NCBI GenBank assembly: GCA_963775425.1 | Contig: CAVZJB010000016.1 | Span: forward strand, 128,001 to 192,000 | Source of the DNA: an uncultured delta proteobacterium | Lineage (GTDB): Bacteria > Myxococcota > UBA727 > VGSZ01 | Reading direction: 5' to 3' | DNA: 64,000 bases | Shown here: one piece after another, positions 38,252-48,384 of the stretch | How the letters are laid out: each line of letters begins with the position of its first letter | Numbering within the stretch: position 1 is the stretch's first letter | Made by a program: the position numbers and the translations under genes | The notes under the pieces: generated by a model | Told to the model about the DNA's origin: nothing | The model's database searches: none | What the model saw: only the letters and a program-made list of their open reading frames with translations

Positions 38252-40009
38252 GTGCTCTCGCTGCCGTTGCTCTTTGCGCTCGCGCTCCCCCCCGACCCCT
38301 CCGCCGGCGCCGCCGTCGTCGAGGACCCACCTGTCTTCCCGTTGAAGGACATCAAGGCCGGCCTGCACGGCACGGGCTACACCGTCTTCGAGTCACGCAA
38401 GGGACTCGAGTCGTTCGACGTCGTCATCCTCGGGGTGATGCAGGGCTACCTCGGCCCCGGCGAGGACCTCATCATCGCGCGCCTCGAGGGCAAGCAGATC
38501 GAGCGCACCGGTGTCATCGCCGGCATGTCGGGCAGCCCCGTGTACATCGACGGCAAGCTCGTCGGCGCCGTCGGCTACCGCTTCGGCCAGTTCACCAAGG
38601 ATCCCATCGCGGGCATCACGCCCATCGAGCGCATGATGACGGCGGCGACGCCGTCGCCGCATCGCTCACCGGCGTCGCCGCGGGTGGCCGGTGCGATGAC
38701 GGCGTGGGGGCAGGGCGAGCCCATCGCCACCCCCATCAGCATCTCGGGGCTGTCGCCCGCCATCCTCGAAGCGTTCCGCCCCGAGCTGCAAAAGCGCGGC
38801 TTCGGGCCGGTGGTCGCCGCCGGCGGCGCCGGCTCCGCCCGCGATCACAAGCCGATGCGCCTGTACGCGGGCGGCCCCATCGCCGGCAACCTCATCGAGG
38901 GCGACATCAACATGGGCGCCATCGGCACGGTGACCTGGGTGAAGGGCGACCGCTTCCTCGCCTTCGGCCACCCCTTCCTCGGCACCGGCGAGACGTCGAT
39001 GCCCGTGGCCGACGCCGAGATCATCACCACCGTGGCGTCCGACGCCGGGAGCTGGAAGATGGGGCAGCCCACGGCGCCCGTCGGCATGCTCTCCGACAAT
39101 CGCCTGCACGCCATCGCCGGCACCATGGGGGAGACGCCGCCGCTCGTTCCGCTCACCGTCAAGATGGAGCTCGCCAGCCCTCGGCGCGCCGCCGACGCCA
39201 AGAAGATGCTGCGCTACCAGGTCTTTCAGCACGAGACCGACACGCCGCTGTTCGTCGCCATCGCGGTCGCCAACACGCTCGCCAACCGCGTCGCCGCGGA
39301 GAAGTCCGGCGGCACCGTCGACGTCACCCTCGACGCCAAGCTCGACACCGGAGACACGCTCCCCTACACGTTCCGCGCCGCCGACGAGGGGCAGGGCTTC
39401 GAGATGCCGGTGGCGTTCGGCGTGCTCGGCCTGCTGAACGCCGCCATCGACCAGGACTTCGTGAAGGCCAAGCTCGCCTCCGTCGACGTCACGGTGAAGA
39501 GCCGCTCCGTCGTCGACAAGGCCCGCGTGGTCTCCGTCGACGCCACCCGTCCGCTGGTCGCCGGCAAGCCAGGCGAGGTGCGGGTGCGGCTGCAGACGTG
39601 GCAGGGCCCCATCGTCGAAAAGCGCGTCGCGGTCCGCGTGCCCGCGGGCGTCTCGGCCGGCGCCTACCAGCTCGTCGCCGCCGGCCAGCAGGACGCCGCG
39701 CACGTCGAGAAAGAGGGCGGGCTCGTGCCGCTGTCCACCAACTTCAAGGGCTACCTGCAAAACCTCCTCGCGGCGCCGCCGCCGGGGTCGCTGTCGGTCT
39801 ACCTCGTCGCCGACGAGCCCTCTTTGCGCATCGAGGGGAAGCCCCTGCCGAACCTGCCGGCGTCGCTGCAGGGCCTGCTCGCCGACGGCGGCGGCCTCTC
39901 CGGCGGCACCGTCGAGGCCAAGGCCGCGCGCATCTCGCGCATCGTCGAGGACGGCGTCATCGTCGGCCAGAGCACCGCCAAGGTCCACGTCCGCGACGAC
40001 GACGAGTAA
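38252..40009 (+). CDS. SpoIVB peptidase S55 domain protein
   Basis: GGAGG RBS; GYTVF, GVIAGMSGSPVYIDGKLVGAV, AGITPIE, GTVT, AFGHPF. Confidence 0.88.
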   Translation: MLSLPLLFALALPPDPSAGAAVVEDPPVFPLKDIKAGLHGTGYTVFESRKGLESFDVVILGVMQGYLGPGEDLIIARLEGKQIERTGVIAGMSGSPVYIDGKLVGAVGYRFGQFTKDPIAGITPIERMMTAATPSPHRSPASPRVAGAMTAWGQGEPIATPISISGLSPAILEAFRPELQKRGFGPVVAAGGAGSARDHKPMRLYAGGPIAGNLIEGDINMGAIGTVTWVKGDRFLAFGHPFLGTGETSMPVADAEIITTVASDAGSWKMGQPTAPVGMLSDNRLHAIAGTMGETPPLVPLTVKMELASPRRAADAKKMLRYQVFQHETDTPLFVAIAVANTLANRVAAEKSGGTVDVTLDAKLDTGDTLPYTFRAADEGQGFEMPVAFGVLGLLNAAIDQDFVKAKLASVDVTVKSRSVVDKARVVSVDATRPLVAGKPGEVRVRLQTWQGPIVEKRVAVRVPAGVSAGAYQLVAAGQQDAAHVEKEGGLVPLSTNFKGYLQNLLAAPPPGSLSVYLVADEPSLRIEGKPLPNLPASLQGLLADGGGLSGGTVEAKAARISRIVEDGVIVGQSTAKVHVRDDDE

Positions 40010-40049
40010 CGGCGCCGTCGACGACCTCGCAAGGAACCGGAGAAGACAA

Positions 40050-42164
40050 GTGAAGCGAATCGCAGTCGTCCTCGTCGCCCTGGCCGCGGCCATGCCGGCG
40101 GCGGCCAGCCAGAGCCAGGTGCACGTCGTCGAGGGGTTGAAGGACCTGATGGACGGGGACCTCGACGGGGCCCGCATCTCCCCCGCCGGCGTCGTCACGG
40201 TCGCGCCGCAGACGTCGGTGATCGCCGAGGGGCTGACGGGCCCCGTGCTCGCCGTCGCCCGCGGCGGCGACGGGCAGCTCTACGCCGCCAGCGCCAGCCC
40301 CGGCCGCGTGTGGCGCATCGTCGACGGCAAGGCCCCCGAGTCCGTCTTCGAGACCGAAAAGCCGCTCGTCACCGCGCTCCTCCCCGTCGGCAAGGACAAG
40401 CTCGTGGCGCTCACCGCCCCCGACGGCGGCGCAGAGGTCATCGACCTCAAGACCAAGAAGCACGACACCGTGCTCGCCAAGGACGCCAAGATGCTCCTCG
40501 CGGGCGCGGTCCTCGACGGCACCGTCTACGCCGTCGGCGGCGGCGAAGAGGGCGTGTTGATGAAGCTCGCCCCGGGCGCCAAGGCCTTCGAGGTGCTCGC
40601 GCGCACCAAGGAGGCCCAGCTGCGCTCGGTGGCCGTCGGCCGCGTCGGGGGCGCGCTCAAGATCGTCGTGGGCGGCGGCGAAGAGGGCGTGGTCTACGAG
40701 GTCACCGCCGGCAAGGTGCGCGCGCTCGTCGACGCGGCGCCGTCGGAGATCACGTCGCTCGCGCTCGGCAGGGACGGCACCATCTACGCCGCCGCCGTCG
40801 ACGGCGAGGGCAAGCTCAGCAAGGGCGCCGTCAGCAAGGTCAAGGACGACGACGACAAGAAGGACAAGAAGGATCAGAAGGCGCGCAAGGTGAAGAGCGC
40901 CGAGATCTGGCGCATCGATCCGCACGGCCGCGCCACGGTGCTGTGGCAATCCAAGGACCACGGCGCGTACGCGCTGGCCCTCTATGATGGCGAGCTCGTC
41001 GCCGGCACCGGCCCCGAAGGGCGCATCTACGAGCTCGACCCGGCGGGAGGCCGCCCCGCGGGCATCCTCACGCGCATCAAGGATCACGACGAGGTCACCG
41101 CGCTCCTCGTCGACAAGACCGGCCTCGTGTTCGGCACCGCCCACGCCGCGGCGGTGGCGCGCGCGGCGTCGTCGAAGGCCGCGCGCGGGACGTACCTGAG
41201 CGGCGCGCTCGACGCGTCGGCGCTCGCCCGCTACGGCTCCGTCACCGCGCGCAGCCGCGGCTCCGTCGAGCTCTCGGTGCGCACCGGCAACACCAAGGAG
41301 CCCGACGACACGTGGTCGTCGTGGGCGTCGTCGCCGTCGGCGGCGCCGGCGGGCCAGTACGCCCAGGTGCGCGCGCAGCTCTCGGGCGCGGCGTCGCTCG
41401 AGGGCCTGACGCTGAGCTATCTCGTCGACAACCGCGCCCCCGACATCGACCGCGTCGAGGTGCTCGCGCCCGGCTGGAAGGTGATCGCGAGCCAACACGA
41501 CGCGTCCGAGACGCGCTCGGTGACGTTCAACGAGAAGCCCTTCGCCAAGTTCCTCGACCGTCGCGGCGGACAGAACCCCACGCTCGAGGACCGGCCCTTC
41601 GGCAAGCAGAGCTTCGACAGCGGCTACCGCACCGTCTACGCCTACGTCGAAGACGCCGACAAGGACGCGCTGCGCTACCGCTTCTTCCTCGGCAAGGTCG
41701 ACGCCGCCGGCGGCGTGAAGAAGTGGACGCCGCTCAAGGAGTGGTCCGACGAGCCGTTCGTGAGCTTCGAGGCGAGCCGCCTCGCCGACGGCGACTACAA
41801 GGTCAAGGTCGAGGTCGACGACCTCCCCACCAACGGCCCCGCCCGCAAGCTCACCGACGAGGACGTGAGCCCCGCGTTCGTGGTGAGCCACGCGCCGCCG
41901 CGCCTGTCGGGCGCGCAGGCCCGCCGGGACAAGAACGGCATCCACGTGAAGCTCGACGTCGCCGGCGCCCTGCCGCTCACCGTGGTCCGTTGCTCCGCCG
42001 GCGGCGACGACTGGGTGCCGCTCAATCCCAAGGACGGCATCATCGACGGGCCGCGCGAGAGCTTCGACGTCGAGCTCGACGCAGGCGGCAAGCTCGACGC
42101 GGTGTCCTGCGAGGTCTACGACGAGGCCTTGAACTTCAACCGCATCGACATCCCCGTGAGTTGA
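40050..42164 (+). CDS. Secreted beta-propeller + FN3/Ig-like protein
   Basis: Signal peptide; repeated blade motifs (DGQLYAAS, DGTIYAAA, GTGPEGRIY); RTGNTKEPDDTWSSW; directly after the S55 gene. Confidence 0.75.
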   Translation: MKRIAVVLVALAAAMPAAASQSQVHVVEGLKDLMDGDLDGARISPAGVVTVAPQTSVIAEGLTGPVLAVARGGDGQLYAASASPGRVWRIVDGKAPESVFETEKPLVTALLPVGKDKLVALTAPDGGAEVIDLKTKKHDTVLAKDAKMLLAGAVLDGTVYAVGGGEEGVLMKLAPGAKAFEVLARTKEAQLRSVAVGRVGGALKIVVGGGEEGVVYEVTAGKVRALVDAAPSEITSLALGRDGTIYAAAVDGEGKLSKGAVSKVKDDDDKKDKKDQKARKVKSAEIWRIDPHGRATVLWQSKDHGAYALALYDGELVAGTGPEGRIYELDPAGGRPAGILTRIKDHDEVTALLVDKTGLVFGTAHAAAVARAASSKAARGTYLSGALDASALARYGSVTARSRGSVELSVRTGNTKEPDDTWSSWASSPSAAPAGQYAQVRAQLSGAASLEGLTLSYLVDNRAPDIDRVEVLAPGWKVIASQHDASETRSVTFNEKPFAKFLDRRGGQNPTLEDRPFGKQSFDSGYRTVYAYVEDADKDALRYRFFLGKVDAAGGVKKWTPLKEWSDEPFVSFEASRLADGDYKVKVEVDDLPTNGPARKLTDEDVSPAFVVSHAPPRLSGAQARRDKNGIHVKLDVAGALPLTVVRCSAGGDDWVPLNPKDGIIDGPRESFDVELDAGGKLDAVSCEVYDEALNFNRIDIPVS

Positions 42165-42309
42165 TTGTGAGCGCGCTTCGCGCGCGGCTCCCTCTCGCCG
42201 CGTTCGAATCACGGGGCTTGACGTCGTCGACCACTCCGCGCGCCCGGGAGAGGCAGGGCGCCTCCCTGGAGCGGGTTGCGCGTCCGGCCTCGGGCCGCCA
42301 TCGGGGGGC

Positions 42310-43389
42310 ATGCCGTGGTCGACACCCGCTCGCCGCCCCCCCGTCAGCGCGCTCGCCGTCGTCGCTCTCGCCGCCCTCGCCGTCGCGGGATGCCAGAAGC
42401 GGCCCGCCGACTGCGAGCTCGCCCCCGCGCTCGCCACGCTCGATAAGGCCGCCACCGGGGGCCTCGCGAAGAAGGCCGTGGCGGAGGCGGACGCCCTCGC
42501 CAACAGGGCCCTCGACGACGCCAACGCGCAGGACAGCCGCCCCGGCTTCCTGCGCCGCTACGACGGCGCCCTGTGCCTGAAGGCGAAGGCCAAGCTCGCC
42601 GACGCCCAGCGCGCCGTGGAGCGGGCGGACAAGGCCAAGGCTCCCGTCGAAGCGTCCTTCAAGGAGGCGCGGGCGTCGCTCGACGACGCGCTCAAGCACG
42701 TCGAGGCCGGCATCGAGTGGCTCGACGCGATGCCGCCGCCGCCGGGCGCGGGCCCCAAGGACGCCGCCGGCCCGCGCGACCTCGTAGGCGAGTCGCGCGC
42801 CCTGCAGCAGGCGGTGAAGAACGACGAGGATCGCATCGAGCGCGCCGCCCACGACGCCGAGCTTGCCGGGTGGGACGTGCCGCCGGAGATCGCGATGGCG
42901 CTGTCGCGGGACGCCGACAGGCGCCTGCCGGTGGCCAAGGACATCGAGAAAAACGCCAAGAAGGCCGCGCTCGATCGCTGCCACGAGAAGCGCACCGACG
43001 TCACCGGGATCCGTCTCGCGGAGCCGTTCGTGGTGATGACCGCGCCGAACGCCACCCTCGTGTTCAGGAAGGACACCGACGGCAAGTGCCACCCGGTGCA
43101 CGTCGAAAAGCGCGCCCTCGACGTCGGCACGCTGCGCGTGTGGAAGATCGTGCGCCCGCGCGTGGAGCCGGTGCTCGTCGGCTGGACGCCGAAGCGCGCG
43201 TGGTTCGTGACCGTCGACGGCGGCTTCGCGTCGTTCGCGCACACCGCGCGCACGCCGTGCAAAGCCGGCGGCACCTGCGACGCTCCGAAGCTCGGCGAGT
43301 CCGTCGAAGCCACGTGCACCTGCGGCGACGGCAGCCGCTTCACCGCCCGCTACGCGTGGGACGGCCACGCCCCGTTTCCCGAACCGTAA
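42310..43389 (+). CDS. Hypothetical lipoprotein
   Basis: LAVAGC lipobox; helical N-region; Cys-containing C-region; GC3-biased codons. Confidence 0.65.
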   Translation: MPWSTPARRPPVSALAVVALAALAVAGCQKRPADCELAPALATLDKAATGGLAKKAVAEADALANRALDDANAQDSRPGFLRRYDGALCLKAKAKLADAQRAVERADKAKAPVEASFKEARASLDDALKHVEAGIEWLDAMPPPPGAGPKDAAGPRDLVGESRALQQAVKNDEDRIERAAHDAELAGWDVPPEIAMALSRDADRRLPVAKDIEKNAKKAALDRCHEKRTDVTGIRLAEPFVVMTAPNATLVFRKDTDGKCHPVHVEKRALDVGTLRVWKIVRPRVEPVLVGWTPKRAWFVTVDGGFASFAHTARTPCKAGGTCDAPKLGESVEATCTCGDGSRFTARYAWDGHAPFPEP

Positions 43390-43471
43390 GGCTCGCCCGC
43401 GCCGCGCGAAACGCCGGCGCCCGCACGACGACGGTGGTTGCGCCGCGCGGCGTGGGCCGCGATCAGGACGC

Positions 43472-43852
43472 ATGCCGTGGTCGAAGCTCGCCCGCCGCCT
43501 GCGCGCCCGCGAACAGAAGCTCGCCGCCCGGTCCTCGACGGTGGACCGGCGCGTCGTCGCCCGCGCGCGGTTTTCGATGTGGCTCGTCGACGTCGCCCGC
43601 GTCGCCGTCGTGCTCGCCGTGGTCCTCGCGTGTGTGCGCGCCGGCGGCTTGTCCCCCATCGTCTCCGTCGGCGCAGGGCTCGCCGCGTACGCGATCGCCA
43701 GCCTCCCTCGCATGGCCGCCTGCGACGCCATCCTCGGCCGCGCGCTCGCCACAATCTCCCCGCGCACCGCCGCGTCCCTCGCGTCCGCCGGCGCTTCGCC
43801 CATCCCCGGCCCCGTCGATCGCGACGCCGTCGACTTCGACGACGCGGCCTGA
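43472..43852 (+). CDS. Hypothetical membrane protein
   Basis: AGGA upstream of ATG; two hydrophobic segments. Confidence 0.45.
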   Translation: MPWSKLARRLRAREQKLAARSSTVDRRVVARARFSMWLVDVARVAVVLAVVLACVRAGGLSPIVSVGAGLAAYAIASLPRMAACDAILGRALATISPRTAASLASAGASPIPGPVDRDAVDFDDAA

Positions 43853-43905
43853 TCCCGCCGCGCGCCCGCGCGGTCGCCCGGCGCAGGGCTCGGCGCGCGC
43901 AGGGC

Positions 43906-44985
43906 TCAGCGCACGCCGGGCGCGTGGGGCAGGTCGGGGCGGGCGGCGCCTTTGCTCAACAGCGCAAAGCCGATCATCTTGTAGAGCAGCCGGGCGCCGA
44001 CGTTGCCGTCCCAGGACGAAGCGAGCGCGTCGTCGGACAGGGCGGGGTCGGGCGCGACCTCGACGAGGTCCATGCCCACGATGCGCTTGCCCGCGGCGAC
44101 GACGGCGTCGAGGAGCGCGACGATCTCGTCGAAGGACAGGCCGCCCGGCACGGGCGTCCCCGTGTGCGGGCACAGGCCCGGGTCGAGCCCGTCGATGTCG
44201 AAGCTCAGGTAGATGTTCTCGGGGAGCTCGTTGGCGATGGCGCGGCACACCGTGGCCCAGTCGCCGCGCTGCCGCGCAGCCCGCAGGTGCGCGTCGAAGT
44301 ATGTGGTCACGCGCCCCGGCTGCGCCTTGATGAAGTCGAGCTCGCTCTCGCAGAAGTCGCGGATCCCGACCTGGACGAGCCGCACGAGCGGCATGCGGTC
44401 CATCACGTTTCGCATGATGGACGCGTGCGACCACGTGAAGCCCTCGTACGCCGGCCGCAGGTCGGCGTGCGCGTCGAGATGCAACACGCCGAGGGGGCGC
44501 TCCCCGACGTGCGCGGCGCAGGCGGCGATGGCCCCGTAGGGCACCGAATGATCGCCGCCGACGACGACGGGGATCTTGTTGTCGCGCAGCAGCGCGCTCG
44601 CCCGCTCCGTCAGCTCCTTGTTGATCGCGGCGCCCGCCTCGTCGACGAGCGCGCGATCCGCCGCCGGCGCTTCGCGCCCCGCCACGACGGCCTCCATGCA
44701 CCGCTGCGCCGCCGCCCGCGCCGCGGCGTTCTTGTCCCGCGCGGCCGCCACCGGCGCGGCGAGCGCGATGCCCGCCTCGTATGGGCGTCCGACGTCCGCG
44801 TCGAGCAGGTCCACCTGGCGGCTGGCGGCGAGCAGCGCCGCGGGCCCCCGCGCCGTCCCCGCGCTGTATGAGACCGTGGCCTCGAAGGGCACGGGCACAA
44901 TCACCACGAGCGCGTCTGCGATCGGTGTCACAAGCCCGTACATTTCCGAATCGGGCGACGAGGGGGCGTTTACGTCGAGCGTCAT
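43906..44985 (-). CDS. speB: Agmatinase (arginase/ureohydrolase family)
   Basis: GGDHS, HLDAHADL, SHAS, SFDIDGLDP, TGTPVPGG, DLVEV. Confidence 0.9.
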   Translation of the reverse strand: MTLDVNAPSSPDSEMYGLVTPIADALVVIVPVPFEATVSYSAGTARGPAALLAASRQVDLLDADVGRPYEAGIALAAPVAAARDKNAAARAAAQRCMEAVVAGREAPAADRALVDEAGAAINKELTERASALLRDNKIPVVVGGDHSVPYGAIAACAAHVGERPLGVLHLDAHADLRPAYEGFTWSHASIMRNVMDRMPLVRLVQVGIRDFCESELDFIKAQPGRVTTYFDAHLRAARQRGDWATVCRAIANELPENIYLSFDIDGLDPGLCPHTGTPVPGGLSFDEIVALLDAVVAAGKRIVGMDLVEVAPDPALSDDALASSWDGNVGARLLYKMIGFALLSKGAARPDLPHAPGVR

Positions 44986-45076
44986 CAGATCCCCCCATGA
45001 CACGTCGTTCGCGCCATGGAAACGTTCACCCCGTCATGACGGTCCGCACGCCCATCCTCGCTGCGCTGGTCGGCCC

Positions 45077-45853
45077 ATGAGCCCCGAGGCCTCGGAGCAC
45101 CGAACCTCCTTCTGGGAGAACGACGACGCGTGGCAGGTGACCTGGCCCGCGGCCATCGCGTTCGCGATGCTGTTTCACGGCGTCGCGTTCGTGATGAGCG
45201 AGAAGGCGCCCCAGCAGGTGCACAACGTCCCGATCACCATGGCCATCGCCATGCCGCCGCCGCCGCCCCCGCCGCCGCCGCCGCCGGAGCCGCCGCCGCC
45301 CCCGCCGCCCAAGAAGAAGCCGCCGCCGCCGCCCAAGGTGAAGGAGCTGCCGCCGCCGCCCAACGAGACGCCGCCGCCGGACCCGACGCCCGTCGAAGAG
45401 GTGAAGCCGGTGACGGGCGTGACCAAGGAGTCGGTGGTCGCCGCCAACAACGGCGGACCGCAGGTGCGCGTGGGCAACACCACCTACGGCGACCCCGACA
45501 AGGAGAAGCTCACGCCGCCGCCCCAGGTGCAAGAGCCGGTGCTGCAGCCCTTCGACCTGGCCGGCTACCGACAGAGCGTCTACCAGACCATGAACCACGA
45601 GAAGCGTTACCCCCGGCGCGCGCGCGTGCTCGGCCTCGAGGGCAAGTGCCTGGTCACGCTCATCATCAACCGCGACGGCTCGCTCGCGCGCCCGCCGCGC
45701 CTGTTGAAGGGCACCGGCCACGACGCGCTCGACGCAGAGTGTCTGCGCATGGCCAAGGCGCACGCCTTTCCGCCCATCGTCGGCGACGTCGAGACGCCCT
45801 TCAGGATGACGCAGGCCATTGCCTTCAGCCTGCTCGACGGCGACCGCTACTGA
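45077..45853 (+). CDS. TonB family energy transducer
   Basis: TM with His (AMLFHG), poly-Pro linker, YPRRARVLGLEG, TGHDALD. Confidence 0.88.
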   Translation: MSPEASEHRTSFWENDDAWQVTWPAAIAFAMLFHGVAFVMSEKAPQQVHNVPITMAIAMPPPPPPPPPPPEPPPPPPPKKKPPPPPKVKELPPPPNETPPPDPTPVEEVKPVTGVTKESVVAANNGGPQVRVGNTTYGDPDKEKLTPPPQVQEPVLQPFDLAGYRQSVYQTMNHEKRYPRRARVLGLEGKCLVTLIINRDGSLARPPRLLKGTGHDALDAECLRMAKAHAFPPIVGDVETPFRMTQAIAFSLLDGDRY

Positions 45854-45901
45854 CGCGGCGCGCTCGCTGCGCCGCCTGCACCGGCCGGCTACACTCACGC
45901 G

Positions 45902-46462
45902 GTGTGCCGGGCGGCCCTCCTCCTCGTCGTTTTTGCGGTCGCCGCATGCGCGTGCGCGGAAGACGTCAACCTGCGCGTCGAGGCGCCGCACACGCAGGTG
46001 CTCCTGAACGGCACCGACATCGGCGCCGTCCCCGACGAGGGCGCCAACGTCGCCATCCGCCCCGCGATGACCCCGCTGCGCTACGAGGTGCGCGACGGCG
46101 GCAGGAGCGTCGTCGGCGAGATCCCGCGGACGGAGCCCGTGTGGTGGCTCGTCGCCGCGGGCGTCGCGGGCGCCGCGTGCGGCGCGCCCGCCCTCGCCGC
46201 CGCCGGCTTCTGCATCGCCAACCCCGCCGTCCTCGGGGCGCCGCTCGTCTTCGCGCTCACCGGCGACGTGTCGGCGCTGACGGCGTCGTGCGTGGCGCCG
46301 TCGTGGTTGACGCTGCCGCTTTCGACGTCGTGCGGCGCGGTGGGCCTCGCGCCGCTCGGCCTCGCGTTCATGGCGGAGAACGTGCCGCCGAAGGTCGTCA
46401 TCCAGGCGGCCGCGCTCAGCTCGCCCCAGGCGGCGAGCAGCCGCGGGGGCGTGAGGTACTGA
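45902..46462 (+). CDS. Hypothetical exported/membrane protein
   Basis: Signal-like N-terminus; PEGA-like segment; Cys-containing hydrophobic C-half. Confidence 0.55.
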   Translation: MCRAALLLVVFAVAACACAEDVNLRVEAPHTQVLLNGTDIGAVPDEGANVAIRPAMTPLRYEVRDGGRSVVGEIPRTEPVWWLVAAGVAGAACGAPALAAAGFCIANPAVLGAPLVFALTGDVSALTASCVAPSWLTLPLSTSCGAVGLAPLGLAFMAENVPPKVVIQAAALSSPQAASSRGGVRY

Positions 46463-47727
46463 TGCGCGCGCCCGCCCTCGCCGTCGTCGCCGTCCTCGTC
46501 CCGGTCCTCGCCGTCGGGTGGGTGGGGTGCGCCCCGTCGGGGCCCGTGGTCGTCGAGGCGCTCGTCGCGGACCCGTCCGCCGACGACGGCGTCCGCCTCG
46601 ACGACGTCGAGCTCACCACCCTGCTCGACATCAACACGGGGAGGGGCTCGCTGTTCGACGCCCGCGGCGGCCTGCAGATGGCGGGGCTCACCGTGAGCGA
46701 CTCCGCCAAGGCCGACGACAGCTTCACCGTCATGCGCGACAAGACGCGCGGCGACGGCGGCAGCTCCATGGCGCCGAACATGAGCTTCGACGGCACGCGC
46801 TACGTCGCCGAGGACCTCGACACGCTCACGTACTTCACGGCGTGGCACGCGCTCGAGCAGGCGTGGCTGTTCGCGCGCGACGACCTGAAGGACACGTCGC
46901 CGGCGGTGAAGGAGCACTCGTTGCTCGGCATCAACTCGTCGGTGGTGGCCGCGGACCTCCTGCCGCTGCCCATCCTCACCGCCGACAACGCCGCCTACGC
47001 CGCTCCCCTCGACGCCTGGCTGACGCTGCGGGCGGTGACGCAGGACGGGGTGCCGTTCGCCATGGCGCTGCCCGTCATCGCGCACGAGTTCCACCACCGC
47101 GTCTTTCACAGGAACGTGTTCGCGAGCGACGCCGCCTTCGAGGTCTGGAAGAGCCGCGTGCTCGACCAGACGCAGCCGCAGCGCACGGCCACGCGCATCC
47201 TCCAGGGCGTCGACGAGGGCCTCGCCAATCTCTACTCGCTCGCCGCCACCGGCGACCCCGACGGCTTGAAGCGCACCTTCACCCTCGCCGGCGGCCGCTT
47301 CGTCGCCGAGGGCGAGCGCCGCGCGCTCGACGGCGAATTCGCCGACGCCGCGACGTACGACGGGCTGAGAACGAACACCCTCGACGCCAAGTTCCTGCGC
47401 GCGTGCAACTCCGCGGGCAGCGACGACCTCTTCGCCGAGGACGGCTTCAACTTCTACTGCCTCGGCACCGTGCTCGCGCGAGCCCTGTGGGACGGCAGCG
47501 ACAACGACATCGCCACCCTGCGCGCCGACGTGCTCCCGGCCGTGGACCGCGCGCTCCCCCGCGTGGGCGACACGCTCGCCGCGGGGACGCTCTTCGACGT
47601 CGACGTGCTCCTCGCCCCGCTGGTCGACGAGCTGCCGCCCGGCGCTCGCCGCGACGCGGTCTGCGCCCGCCTCGAGGAGCGCTTCACGAGCGTCCTCGAC
47701 GCCGGCAAGGTCCCCGGGTGCCTCTGA
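46462..47727 (+). CDS. Putative zinc metalloprotease lipoprotein (gluzincin-like)
   Basis: WVGC lipobox; DNAAY; VIAHEFHH (HExxH) with downstream DEGLAN. Confidence 0.7.
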   Translation: MRAPALAVVAVLVPVLAVGWVGCAPSGPVVVEALVADPSADDGVRLDDVELTTLLDINTGRGSLFDARGGLQMAGLTVSDSAKADDSFTVMRDKTRGDGGSSMAPNMSFDGTRYVAEDLDTLTYFTAWHALEQAWLFARDDLKDTSPAVKEHSLLGINSSVVAADLLPLPILTADNAAYAAPLDAWLTLRAVTQDGVPFAMALPVIAHEFHHRVFHRNVFASDAAFEVWKSRVLDQTQPQRTATRILQGVDEGLANLYSLAATGDPDGLKRTFTLAGGRFVAEGERRALDGEFADAATYDGLRTNTLDAKFLRACNSAGSDDLFAEDGFNFYCLGTVLARALWDGSDNDIATLRADVLPAVDRALPRVGDTLAAGTLFDVDVLLAPLVDELPPGARRDAVCARLEERFTSVLDAGKVPGCL

Positions 47728-48353
47728 CGCGGCCCTCGACGCCCGCCGGGCGGGGCCCTCCGCGCGTCGTCGGCCTCCTCGCGGTGCTCCTGACGTCGAC
47801 GGCGTCGTCGTCGGCGGCGGCGGCGGCGCCCGCGCCGACGACGGAGCGCGCGCCGGCGGTCGAAGGCTTCACCCTCGAGGTGCCGCTGGTGCTCACGGCG
47901 AGCGCGCCCGCGTCGAACGTGGGGACCTCGCTGGTGCCCTGGCTCTCCGTGCGCGCCGGGGCGCTGTTCCCGCTCGCGCCGGGCGGCTCCGCGTGGGGCT
48001 TCGACGTCGCGCTCCTCGGCTCGTGGGCGCGCGACGGCACCAACGCGGTCGCCGCCACCCGCGCGCTGCTCGCCGTGGAGGGCAGGGGCCTCGTGTCACC
48101 GGGGCGGCTGTCGTCGACGTACTCGGCTTTCGTCCCCTACGGCTTCGTGGGGCTGCTCGGCGGCGGCGGCGTCGTCGACATCGAGGCGTTCAAGGACAGC
48201 CGCGTCGGCGCGCTCGGCACCTGGGGCGCGCGCGCCGGCGCCGGCGGCCGCGTGGAGATCCACCAGGTGACGACGACGCTCGAGCTCGCCGCCGGCGTCC
48301 GCGATCTCAAGCTCGAGGTGTCGTCGTCGTTCGCGATCGGCGTCCGTTTCTAA
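47718..48353 (+). CDS. Putative outer-membrane beta-barrel protein
   Basis: Signal segment, alternating strands, PYGFVG, terminal FAIGVRF; start uncertain. Confidence 0.6.
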   Translation: MPLTRPSTPAGRGPPRVVGLLAVLLTSTASSSAAAAAPAPTTERAPAVEGFTLEVPLVLTASAPASNVGTSLVPWLSVRAGALFPLAPGGSAWGFDVALLGSWARDGTNAVAATRALLAVEGRGLVSPGRLSSTYSAFVPYGFVGLLGGGGVVDIEAFKDSRVGALGTWGARAGAGGRVEIHQVTTTLELAAGVRDLKLEVSSSFAIGVRF

Positions 48354-48384
48354 CGGCCGCGCCGACGCTCCCTCCGGTCGCTGA

